From Macrostomum lignano (taxonomy: Eukaryota), in contig NIVC01001201.1 of the NCBI GenBank assembly GCA_002269645.1, positions 124,001 to 188,000 on the forward strand: DNA of 64,000 nucleotides, given 5' to 3'. Within the stretch, counting starts at the first letter, position 1; every line of letters starts with the position of its first letter. The translations under genes and the position numbers were made by a program. A model generated the notes under the pieces. It did no database searches, was not told the origin of the DNA, and saw only the letters and a program-made list of their open reading frames with translations. Below are positions 52,501 through 64,000 of this stretch, piece by piece.

Positions 52501-54050
52501 TCTACTAAAGTTTGCTGTTACCTACCCCTACACACTGCTCTCTGTCTCCCTCCGCGCACACCTCTCTGGCCTTGCATGTAACTTGCATGTCTACTCCCCT
52601 GTCCTGCCCTCGCGTGGGTCCCTGTCTATACATAGCTACCGGACCCTACCTCTCTGTGCCTTGCTCGGAACTCTGTCCCAGGCCCCCTTCACACTTCTCT
52701 GTCCCGGGCTGCAACTGGCTGACACGCGCCTCTCTGTTCCCCTGCCTGCGTGGCTGCCTACCCCTGCACACTGCTCTCTGTCCCCTCCTCTCCGCGCCTC
52801 TCTATCATCCTATTCCTGCAGCTGACCGTGCCGTTCAGCTCTGTCCACGCACGGCTCCACCCCTGCCCGTGTCTCACTGTACCGCCCTGTGTGGCTTCCT
52901 TACCCAGCGCGTTTGCTTCCTATCTCCCTCCTGCTCCATATGTTTCTGTTCCCTCACACTACGCACGCGTGGCCTGCTCTCTGTCCCTACACATCTCTGC
53001 TCCTCCACTCTATCCTCGCGTGGCCCCTTGACTGTTCGCATGCCCCTGCATACCCTGCCTGCCTCTCTGTCCCCTGCAACTGGGGAGGGAGCTCTCTATC
53101 CTCTGTACGGCTCTCTCTGTGGGGGTGTGTGACTCACACTGCCTCTCTGTCCTAGCATGCGCCTCTCTATCCGGCTCCTGCTGCAGGTTGTGTTATTCAC
53201 ATCTCTCTGTCCACCCACCCTCTGCCCGTACACACTCACTGTACAGGGCTGCGTCAGCATCGGGGTTAAAACTTCTCGCTCCCTATGCTTCAACAGTATA
53301 ATAACCTAGTGGCCGTCTCTCTGTCCACCCACCCCTCTCTGCCCGTACATGCCTCTCTGTCCCAGCACCCCGTGTCTCTCTGTACCCCCACCTCATACTG
53401 CTACAGGGGGCCGCCTGTTATCTGTCCCCTGCTACAGGGCTGCGTCAGCGTTAGGGTTGAAACTTCTCGCTCCCTATACCCCACAACCGTGTAGTGGCCT
53501 AGTATGGGCGCGACCTGGGTTCGATTTCGCTAGTTGAGATGTGGGTGAGAGAGGGGAAGAGGCACGTATCGTTGACTACATATCGGTGTACACACATATC
53601 GGAGAGTGTACTGGGGAGAGTGTACTTGGGGGAGTGTACACTTTATGTCGGGAGAGTGTACACCCGTATTGGGAGAGTGTACCTTTGGCTCGGGAGAGTG
53701 TACCTTTGGCTCGGGAGAGTGTACCTGCGGCTTGGGAGAGTGGGGCGCCTGCGGTTTGGGCGCCTGCTGCATACATATCAGGGTACATATCGGGAGGGTG
53801 GGCATACATGTCGGGAGGGTGGGCATACATATCGGGGTACATATCGGGAGGGTGGGCATGTCGGTACATGTCGGTAGGTGCGCCTGCGGCTCGGGAGGGT
53901 GCACATATCGGTAGGGTGCGCCTGCGGCATGGGCGCCTAATTGGCGCTTGGCGCCACGCCCCTGCGGCGCGCGCGCCAGCCAATGAGAGGCGGGGAGGGT
54001 TGACACCCACCCCACCTCCAAAAAGGGCGGAAAAATGCGTCCTTAGTAGT
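45169..54050. mobile_element. 8.9-kb foldback element: 4.4-kb inverted arms, 69-bp spacer, 6-bp TSD
   Basis: Arms 45169-49578 and 49648-54050 are reverse complements with five differences found; AGAATG at 45163-45168 and 54051-54056; termini (ACT)3AAGG / CCTT(AGT)2. Confidence 0.9.
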
Positions 54051-55041
54051 AGAATGCAACACTTATGTACACAATATGTAAATTTTAGTCAGGGCTACTA
54101 CTAAATTCTAAATTAGCATTCCGTAGTTCCTCCACGTAGTTCGTTGAGTGATCCGGCAGATCGATATCTTACATGTATAGCAGAGGATCGTAGCCTGCAG
54201 TGGAAGGGGATCAAGGCCCCCCCCCAATAGACAGAAGGTTTTCTCAAGGAAGATTCCCGCGCTCCTTGGTGCTGGCGCCCCGTGGTGCTGGCGCCCCGTG
54301 GTGCAGGTGTACATGTACAAGGGCCATGACTAATCGCATTCAAGCTGCATTACTCAGCAACATTGAAAACAACACCCTAGAGCATTGGGCAGAGCTATTG
54401 GCTTCATCTCACGGCACTGCAAATGACGCAAGGTGTATCAACTCTCGCTCAGGCGCACAGCTGGGTGGCGGTTTTCAATGTACGTGTACATGTAATGAGG
54501 ACGCACTTTTTTCCAATCCCGCGCTAGCACATGGGCTCTAAACTTACTAGCCTACTAACAGTGGGCAATGGGCATTTTTATCCTTTTTCTGCGAATTGTC
54601 ATAGAATCTATACTAGATAAAATGTTTGGTCATACTAGTAGTCATAATAACATAGGCGCAGCTTTTTGGGTCATAAATCATCGCTTTCGAAGCTGGTCTG
54701 ACAGCCACCTGCGCCTCACTCAGTGTCGAGGCGGGCGCCAGATGGTCTGAGGGGATGCGAATGATAGCTTTTTTCTCATCATTTTGACAGGCCATCAAGA
54801 TTTATGAGGTCAGGGCCTCAGGCCCTATTGTTCGTGTTCACTCAAGCGTGTGACAGCTTTGACAGCTATGCGTTTTACCCCTAAAAGTACTTTGGGATTA
54901 GCGATTAGCGATTTCTCTATTCTCTTCACTTTATATTTAATAAGAGCTTTCTAGTGTATATTTTTTCATTAATTTTTGTCAATTCTACGCGAAAAGTCAT
55001 AAATCATTTTGTTGCGATTTTGATTGATTTATGGCTGCACC

Positions 55042-55719
55042 TGTCATGTTTTTACGACCCCGAGGGAACTGATAGGATCTCCCGGTCACGTGATTCTGGG
55101 TAGCAACCAGCTTAGCCAATCAGAAAATTCGACGCTCATTTTAACAAAACGGCTCAGCCAATCAGAATCGACGTGTTCCATTATAACAAACTGCGGTCCA
55201 GTTGGCGGCTATTTAAACCGGTGTTTTTGGCCCGCTCGGACCTCACTCCTACTGGGACCTTAGCCTAGATTGAGACATCCCGGAGCGCGACCGTCGTTTC
55301 CTGATCCCCGGATTGCAACTTCCCTCATCATCATCAAGGACGAGTCCCCCCGGTCATCAGCAGCGAACATCAAAGTTAAGAGCATCACAGCTGCTAGCTA
55401 TCTGCGAAGACCGTGACATCAGCACCATCCCGGGTCTACAGCTGCGAAGCACTAAGCCGATTCGGTCACTGTGGATTACCTGGTCTCCGGCTGTTGAGTT
55501 TCTGATTGGTTGGGTGAGAGGCTGCCTAGACTTGCTTGATTGGGTGATTCCTTATCTGTCCCCTGTTTCAGTAGCTCGATTAGGCGCACACTTTCGCTCA
55601 TTTTGTTCAGTAGTGCTGTAATCGAGGCAGAAGTCATTCAATAATACTGCTAGTAGTCAGCTAAAGCTCCAATTCAATCTGAAGTGTGAAGGGATCTAAG
55701 GAGAAGGTTAAATCTAACA
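55042..55719 (+). mobile_element. Possible solo LTR
   Basis: TGTCATG..TCTAACA ends, two CCAAT boxes, TATTTAAA, AATAAT; no matching TSD found. Confidence 0.35.
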
Positions 55720-58700
55720 GTTATTTTTATCGGTTTTATTTCTTTGTTCGCCGATGGCTCAGATGAATAGCTAAGCTAGTAGGCGCCGGTCACAGTGGAC
55801 CAATGGCAAGGCAGTTCTCAGTCGATCAATATATCAAATCAGTTAGCGAATTGCCAATAGTGCAGAATTCGTATTTAGCATTAGCAATGTAATAGTACAT
55901 ATGTAGCTACCCCATAGACTCGCCACTGCAAGAATCCCCTGCACAAGTCCCCTCTGTACCTGCATGGCCAATGCGATCTAGTCCCAGGCATCTATGGGGA
56001 ATATTTTCTTTTTTTTCTTTGGTTTTTTTTATTTGGGGTTTAGAAAAATTAGAGTTAAATTTCAGTTATTATCATCGGCTATGACCTCGAGATTGACAGC
56101 TAGCGTCGCGTGCACTAGTAGTTGGCAGGTAAGTGCAAAGCCCCTTCTAGTCGGAAAGCCCGATTTGGAGAGTCCCGGTGTGGTGAGCCAGGACGCACGG
56201 GCTGGTGGCAGAAGTTAGCTTAGTCTGCGGATTAGCTAATTTCTACCTTCAAAATTCTCCCTGCTTGTCTCTCGCTGTCCCTCTCTTAGCTATAGGACCT
56301 AGACTGCTCCCCACACGATCAAGCTACCATGGGGCTGCATCGGACACGAGTGGGGGGCCAGGACTCTAATTGATTTATTTCTGAGACCTGGGGCCCGAAG
56401 GCTTCCCCACAAGGGGGCCGAAAGGTCGAAATCCATCACATGTAAAATTGCAGACTGCAAAGCGCACGACAAATTCCAAGGCCATAATTTTTGTCATTCG
56501 GGTTAAGCGCCGGCCTGTTAACCATGGAGTGCAGTCTCTCTATAGTTTACGGTTTTGTGTATATTCTAAATTCTAAATTCATTTAACCATGGAGTGTAGT
56601 CTCTCTATAGTTTACGGTTTCGTGTATGTTTTCACGATGGAGACGGTGGAATTAAAGCACGCTGATTTAATGTCAAATTGACAAAAAGCGTGCAAAATTA
56701 TTGTGTGCTGGATAAAAATTTCTTTTTATTTGTCACTGTTTGCTATATCAGCATAAAACCAGCTTTCATACATTTATTACAGCTTTCTAGCATATTTACT
56801 ACAAAAATGTTGTTTTAGTGTGCTTTGCTTCTTGTAAATTGTGCAACTTTTGTTACGCCATGCAGTTAATGACGAACGACAACTTTTTGATAAAAATGTT
56901 TAAATGTATACTATAATATAAAAGCAATTCAGTAGAGAATATCACGCAGAGGCTTAGGCAGTAGTAGTATTAGTATTATTTTGAACCACTGCACTGAAAA
57001 AATTGCACAATATATCATCGGCAATATGCTTAATTATTTCAGCTTAGTGCTCTATCAGCAGAGTGCAGTTGCAGTGTAGGCCTAAACTCAGCTTAAATTT
57101 GTTAACTGCATACTAAAGAGTAAAGGCTAGAGTATCACCCATCAATCAAACCCATATCAACATCACATCATACTGAGCTTATCTCCTAAATTCAGTAGAG
57201 CCATAGAGGTAAATGTGATTTTAATTGAAATAATATTAGTAGTCTGACAGACTGACTCAAATTGATTAGGAGTACTTTTGAAAGTGAGGGCTTGTAGTTG
57301 TGAGCCTATTGTAATTCTTGACGTTTTGTATTTTAACCTTTTTTTCAATTCCCTAGCCCTAGGCGCTAGGCCTAGAATTAGAATATACTTTTGAGATTTT
57401 TAAGATGAAGTTTCTGTTTTCAAAATAGCAAGCCTAGGCCTAACTAACTAATAAGAAAGTACTAGTGCAATACGTTAATACGTAGTTATTTTTTATATAC
57501 TAATTAATGAGCCTATATGAATGCCATAGCCATTTTAGTAAAGTAGGCCTAAAAAGGCTTGACCTATATCTTAGGCCTTAGGGTCTTAAATCTAGGGCCT
57601 AACATTTAAAATAGATTTGATTTCTATTTATACAATTTTATCTAAATAAATATTAATGTAGTTTTTGGAAATCTTTTACTTTTGCAAGTTTAATTTGGGT
57701 ATTGACCAATGCAATTTATTTATAAATGAATTTGATAGGCTAATTGAGGTTCACTGTAGGCCAGTAGGCCTCGTCTAGACAAATTTGGCAAAAGCAAATT
57801 TAGCAACAATCTAGCTCTCGAGTGAGTCTAGGCCCTCGTCAAATTTGGTAAAAATGAAGAAAGAACAATTATATATAATCTTTATTATAATAATTTTTCT
57901 AGTACAATGCTGCAATTATATTAGGCCTAATTAATTCAAATTTATTCTTCTTTTTAGTTGAGTTTGTTTTATCAATTAGAGGCCTATTTATCCAATGCTT
58001 TTTAAGAAATGTTTATTCATTTTTTAATTGAAAATATGTGATATCCAATTTATTCAGTTGAAAAAAAGAATATTTTTTCTATCAAAGGTTATTAACTTTA
58101 ATATAAAACCATTGCACTTCTTTCACTTTAAGAATTTAAATAAAAAATCAAAGCAAAATTTAATAAAAATAGATCTAACTTTTATGAGAATTTTAGAAAA
58201 CCTTATATATAATTTTTTTAATTTTAGCTATTTGGAAAAAGACTTATTTATTACCAAATTTGTCATTGAAATTGCCTAGATTATCATTGATTTGTCCTTG
58301 TTAAATTTCTATTTTTAGATTTGCCTATTATTTATATTCTTGAAAATATTGTTTCTGTTTAATTTAATAATGAAAATGAATACTATAACAAATTTAATGG
58401 AAAAGATTGGTGATAGATTATTAATTAATAAATAGCCATATAGATAAAAAAACAAAATAAAAAATGGTTATATGTAGAAGTGGGTAGCTAGCTATAGTTT
58501 TTATAGTGCATTATGCTTATTTGAAAGATTTTAGTTAGATTGCCTAATATTTTAACAAATTTAAAGGCTAGATTAGTAATATAATATGAATATAGGTTTT
58601 GGTTGGCTAGCTGCTCTAATTTAATATAAATGATATTAGTGTTTTAAAATTGTTTTTTTGTGTTTTGTAAATTTTATAAAAGTGTAAACACTATCTAGCC

Positions 58701-59279
58701 CAATTGATCTAGCTAGCTAACAAGGCAACTAAGGCAATAAGCAAGTATTCATATTGCAAGACCAATCAACTAAGTGCCAAACTAGAGATTGCAATGAGAT
58801 ATTTATGTATAAAATTGAAAAATGAATGAAGCTAAAGAAACACTAGCATTAAATCAAAGAGAAATTTTCTATAAAGCAAAAAGGTCTATATTTCATAAAT
58901 ATAAAATGGCTTTCTAATTTTACATATAGCTATATATTGTATTTTTTTATTAACTAGGTACTAAAAAAGCTAATTAAAGATATAAATTTTTATTCAACTT
59001 TTGCTTTTCTAAATAATGTAGGCCTAAACAACACTATTCTAAATTAAATTTCAATGAGTCTTGAATTTGGCTCAGAAGTCGTGTCAGGACAGTTTTATCA
59101 TAGCTATTTAGTAGAGCTTTGCTCTGATACAATGATTAATGCACCAAATATATTTAGCAAAAAATCAAGGTTTAAAACAGAAAAATAACAGAAAAACAGA
59201 AAACAGAATAATAATGTGCTATAATTCTCATTGTAGCCACTTTCTGCAATAATTGCATGCTTATCAACTGAGCTTGGAG

Positions 59280-59792
59280 ATGTCTGACAAGCCAAAGCCA
59301 AAGGCGCGCAAACCTCAACAACAAGAACAACAGCAACAACAACAACAACAACAGCAACAACAAAAACAACAACAACAGCAACAACAACAACAACAACAAC
59401 AACAACAAAAACAACAACAACAACAGCAACAACAACAACAACAACAACAACAACAAGCACCAAAACCTCAACCTAGACAAAAACTACGCCAACCTGCCTC
59501 AGCTTCGTCATCTTCAAAGTCCTCATCGTCTCGCAGGCGCGGCGACCAGCAGGCCTTGAATGTGTTCGCCGAGGAGTTCCAGCCGAAGCCTCAGCAGCAC
59601 CGAAATTCCGCTACCGCGCACTACACTGGGGCTGGCGCTGGCGGTGGCGGCGGGGTCGCCAAGGTCAGCGACCTGCTGACGATGGCGCTGCCCAATGGGC
59701 AGCTGGTGATTCCCAGGCCGCCGAGTTACGGAGATTCCGGCCAGCAGCAGACGCAACAGAAGGAGCAGCCATTGAAACGGCAGGCTGTGCAG
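59280..59792 (+). CDS. NFX1: NFX1 exon 1 (polyQ N-terminus with PAM2-like LNVFAEEFQP)
   Basis: ATG at 59280; donor CAG|GTGTGC; phase 0 join to the RING exon. Confidence 0.8.
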
Positions 59793-59864
59793 GTGTGCCT
59801 GCAGCTTCCTATGAGCTCTGATTGCTTTTTTGACCTTTAATGTTCTCTAGAAAACCCCGTCTTC

Positions 59865-60500
59865 CAAGAATCGGCCACCCACACACCAAGCATCGCTGAG
59901 AATCGCCCTCCCTCCCACACTCCAAGCATCGCTGAGAATCGCCCTCCCTCCCACACTCCAAGCATCGCTGAGAATCGCCCTCCCTCCCACACTCTTAGCA
60001 TCGCTGAGAATCGCCCTCCCTCCCACTCCAAGCATCGCTAAGAATCGCCCTCCCTCCCACACTCCAAGCATCGCTGAGAATCGCCCTCCCTCCCACACTC
60101 TAAGCATCGCTGAGAATCGCCCTCCCTCCCACTCCAAGCATCGCTAAGAATCGCCCTCCCTCCCACACTCCAAGCATCGCTAAGAATCGCCCTCCCTCCC
60201 ACACCAAGCATCGCTAAGAATCGCCCTCCCTCCCACACCAAGCATCGCTGAGAATCGCCCTCCCTCCCACACTCCAAGCATCGCTGAGAATCGCCCTCCC
60301 TCCCACTCCAAGCATCGCTAAGAATCGCCCTCCCTCCCACACTCCAAGCATCGCTGAGAATCGCCCTCCCTCCCACACCAAGCATCGCTGAGAATCGCCC
60401 TCCCTCCCACACCAAGCATCGCTGAGAATCGCCCTCCCTCCCACACCAAGCATCGCTGAGAATCTCCCTCCCTCCCACACCAAGCATCGCTGAGAATCTC
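59865..60500. repeat. 34-36-bp minisatellite, NFX1 intron 1
   Basis: CCCACACTCCAAGCATCGCTGAGAATCGCCCTCCCT units. Confidence 0.97.
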
Positions 60501-60513
60501 CCTCGCCCAACAG

Positions 60514-60963
60514 CCCCAGCAGGAGCCGGCCCGAGTTGCCGAGCAGGCCTTGCCAGAGAACCAGCGCGAGCGGCTCATCCTCCAGCTGAGCAGCAGCAGC
60601 TACGAATGCGCCATCTGCTGCCACACGGTCCGCTCCGAGGTGGCCATCTGGTCCTGCGACAGCTGCTACAACATCTTCCACCTGTTCTGCATCAAGAAGT
60701 GGTCGCAGTCGGTCACTGGCGCCGGGGTCGCCGCTGCCGAGGATCTGTTCAGCAAGCGCTGGCGCTGCCCGACCTGTCAGAAAGGCTTTGAGACCAAGTG
60801 CGGCTTTCGCTACACCTGCTTCTGCGGCAAGGCCAAGGATCCCGAGTTCGTGCCCGGCGAGTGCCCGCACACCTGCGGCCAGCTGTGCGGCAAACGGCGA
60901 GGCGAGCTGTGCGAGCATCCGTGCAACCTGCCCTGTCATCCGGGACCTTGTCCGCCCTGCCAG
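60514..60963 (+). CDS. NFX1: NFX1 exon 2 (RING/PHD-like finger and first NF-X1 finger)
   Basis: YECAICC..WSCDSCYNIFHLFCIKKW..WRCPTCQ..YTCFCGK..CHPGPCPPC; AG/GTAAG boundaries. Confidence 0.95.
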
Positions 60964-60984
60964 GTAAGGCTTACGGAATTTCAC

Positions 60985-61570
60985 TCTGTAGAATCGCCCT
61001 CCCACTCTGTAGAATCGCCCTCCCACTCTATAGAATCGCCCTCCCACTCTATAGAATCGCCCTCCCACTCTATAGAATCGCCCTCCCACTCTATAGAATC
61101 GCCCTCCCACTCTATAGAATCGCCCTTCCACTCTATAGAATCGCCTTTCCAGTCTATAGAATCGCCCTTCCACTCTATAGAATCGCCATCCCACTCTATA
61201 GAATCGCCCTCCCACTCTATAGAATCGCCCTCCCACTCTATAGAATCGCCCTCCCACTCTATAGAATCGCCCTCCCACTCTATAGAATCGCCCTCCCACT
61301 CTATAGAATCGCCCTCCCACTCTATAGAATCGCCCTCCCACTCTATAGAATCGCCCTCCCACTTTATAGAATCGCCATCCCACTCTATAGAATCGCCCTC
61401 CCACTTTATAGAATCGCCATCCCACTCTATAGAATCGCCCTCCCACTCTATAGAATCGCCCTCCCACTCTATAGAATCGCCCTCCCACTCTATAGAATCG
61501 CCCTCCCACTCTATAGAATCGCCCTCCCACTTTATAGAATCGCCCTCCCGCTCTATAGAATCGCCCTCCC
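60985..61570. repeat. 21-bp minisatellite, NFX1 intron 2
   Basis: TATAGAATCGCCCTCCCACTC units. Confidence 0.97.
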
Positions 61571-61722
61571 TGTCCCTGCCTCCTCGCTGGCTCGCGTATT
61601 GACCGTTGCCTTGATTTGCGGCAGTGCCTGACCGCCTGCGCCACAACCAGCTCAAACTGAGCTCCCCAGTGCTGCCCCTGTGCTCATATTTCCTTCTCCC
61701 CGCGACTCCCCTGCCGCCGTAG

Positions 61723-61890
61723 GCCTTCGTCACCCGGCGCTGTTACTGCGGCCGCGTTGAGCGCCGTTGCCAGTGCTGCGAGTCTGTCCGCTGCGGCCAG
61801 CCCTGCGACAAGCAGCTGGACTGCGGCCAGCACACCTGCGCCGAGCTCTGCCACCAGGGCGACTGCCCGCCCTGCGACAAAATGTTCACA
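61723..61890 (+). CDS. NFX1: NFX1 exon 3 (NF-X1 zinc finger)
   Basis: AFVTRRCYCG..LDCGQHTCAELCHQGDCPPC; AG/GTGAGT boundaries. Confidence 0.95.
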
Positions 61891-61944
61891 GTGAGTAGCC
61901 GGTGGCTGTATTGATTATTCAGTATTGATTCGACATCTGTGTGT

Positions 61945-63295
61945 GATACCTGTGCAATCTGATATGGTAATGCCACCTGTGTAATCTGATATGGTAATGA
62001 TACCTGTGCAATCTGATATGGTAATGCCACCTGTGTAATCTAATATGGTAATGACACCTGTGTAATCTGATATGGTAATGCCACCTGTGTAATCTGATAT
62101 GGTAATGCCACCTGTGTAATCTAATATGATAATGCCACCTGTGTAATCTAATATGGTAATGCCACCTGTGCAATCTGATATGGTAATGCCACCTGTGTAA
62201 TCTGATATGGTAATGCCACCTGTGCAATCTGATATGGTAATGCCACCTGTGTAATCTGATATGGTAATGCCACCTGTGTAATCTAATATGGTAATGATAC
62301 CTGTGCAATCTGATATGGTAATGCCACCTGTGTAATCTAATATGGTAATGACACCTGTGTAATCTGATATGGTAATGCCACCTGTGTAATCTGATATGGT
62401 AATGCCACCTGTGTAATCTAATATGGTAATGATACCTGTGCAATCTGATATGGTAATGCCACCTGTGTAATCTAATATGGTAATGACACCTGTGTAATCT
62501 GATATGGTAATGCCACCTGTGTAATCTGATATGGTAATGCCACCTGTGTAATCTGATATGGTAATGCCACCTGTGTAATCTGATATGGTAATGACACCTG
62601 TGTAATCTGATATGGTAATGCCACCTGTGTAATCTGATATGGTAATGCCATCTGTGCAATCTGATATGGTAATGACACCTGTGTAATTTGATATGGTAAT
62701 GCCACCTGTGTAATCTGATATGGTAATGCCACCTGTGTAATCTGATATGGTAATGCCACCTGTGTAATCTAATATGGTAATGCCACCTGTGTAATCTGAT
62801 ATGGTAATGACACCTGTGTAATCTGATATGGTAATGACACCTGTGTAATCTAATATGGTAATGCCACCTGTGTAATCTAATATGGTAATGCCACCTGTGT
62901 AATCTAATATGGTAATGACACCTGTGTAATCTGATATGGTAATGCCACCTGTGTAATCTAATATGGTAATGCCACCTGTGTAATCTGATATGGTAATGAC
63001 ACCTGTGTAATCTGATATGGTAATGCCACCTGTGTAATCTAATATGGTAATGCCACCTGTTTAATCTAATATGGTAATGCCACCTGTGCAATCTGATATG
63101 GTAATGCCACCTGTGTAATCTGATATGGTAATGCCACCTGTGTAATCTGATATGGTAATGCCACCTGTGTAATCTGATATGATAATGCCATCTGTGCAAT
63201 CTGATATAGTAATGCCACCTGTGCAATCTGATATGGTAATGCCATCTGTGTAATCTGATATGGTAATGCCACCTGTGTAATCTGATATGGGAATC
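61945..63295. repeat. 27-bp minisatellite, NFX1 intron 3
   Basis: ATCTGATATGGTAATGCCACCTGTGTA units. Confidence 0.97.
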
Positions 63296-63461
63296 TAATA
63301 TAGTAAAAAAATCCTGTTTAAAAATTTCTTTTTTAATCGGTCTAGTCTGCCTAATCCTTTATTGATAAATTTGCCAATAAGAAAACCGCATTGCACTATT
63401 CGCAGTAGTGCAAGCAGCACATTCGCTGTATTTCACAATTTCATAATTTTACTTGGCGCAG

Positions 63462-63973
63462 GTGACCTGCCACTGCGGCAAGTCGGAGGCCACGCAGCGT
63501 CCTTGCGCCGATTACCACCGCCGGGGCGGCGCCACCTTCGCCTGCCAGCGCGTCTGCGGCCGCCAGCTGGGCTGCGGCCTGCACACCTGCCAGCTCACCT
63601 GCCATCCTGGCGCCTGCACCGCCTGTCCCAGATCGCCCGAACTGGCCGGAACCTGCCCTTGCGGCCGGGCCACCCTCATGAGCCTCACTGGCTTGGCGGA
63701 CGGTGGCCGGAAACTGTGCACCGACCCGCTGCCCGCTTGCGAGGCCACCTGCGGCCGCGTGCTGCACTGCGACCCGCAGCACTCCTGTCTGGCCACCTGC
63801 CACGATGGCGACTGCCCGCCATGCCAGCTCAGCACCTCCGTCACCTGCCACTGCGGCCGCTTAACCAAGGAGGTGCCGTGCGTTGAGGCCACCACCAAGT
63901 ATAGAGGGCCGCACGCTGACACCCTGCTGTGCCAGCGGCGGTGCAAAAAGATGCGGCTATGTGGGGTTCACAG
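63462..63973 (+). CDS. NFX1: NFX1 exon 4 (NF-X1 zinc fingers); gene continues off the right edge
   Basis: CGLHTCQLTCHPGAC, CHDGDCPPC; AG/GTGAG boundaries. Confidence 0.95.
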
Positions 63974-64000
63974 GTGAGCGGGTGCGGTGACTGGGGTCTT

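Noticed and set aside
45201-54104. Mirrored short ORFs in the palindrome as element-encoded proteins
   Set aside because: All are under ~210 aa, repeat-derived or without recognisable motifs; no polymerase, integrase or transposase signature
54095-54110. Second CTACTACTAA as the terminus of another foldback-family copy
   Set aside because: The sequence after the motif differs from the arm terminus; no partner end or TSD found
56381-56431. Hammerhead ribozyme
   Set aside because: CTGAGA lacks the CUGANGA spacing relative to stem II, and stems I/III were not found
60214-63272. Long repetitive ORFs (RVGGRFY, HRWHYHIRL, IESPSHS)
   Set aside because: These are translations of intronic tandem repeats with no sign of coding; the same applies to the ORFs at 1063-1560 and 36946-38930

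Overview
Eukaryotic (invertebrate animal) genomic DNA: GC-rich exons, AT-rich intergenic DNA, and introns packed with intron-specific minisatellites. The style resembles the flatworm Macrostomum, but that is inference only. Host genes: DNA2 nuclease/helicase (minus strand, 7 exons here, continuing off the left edge), a complete 4-exon Na+/K+-ATPase beta subunit, an intronless class A GPCR, and the first 4 exons of NFX1. The region 9.3-26.7 kb is a nest of transposons: MITEs, a full-length Ty3/Gypsy element (LTRs 558/559 identical, internal stops), a MULE remnant, a LINE fragment, a tRNA-SINE and two mariners. The most unusual object is an 8.9-kb near-perfect palindrome (45169-54050). It has 4.4-kb arms, a 69-bp spacer, a 6-bp target-site duplication (AGAATG) and terminal (ACT)n repeats of unequal copy number. 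These are Polinton/Maverick-like end hallmarks on an element with no recognisable gene. Also notable: minisatellites starting just after 5' splice sites in most introns, sharply bounded CpG-void domains, and a DNA2 first exon with no ATG.
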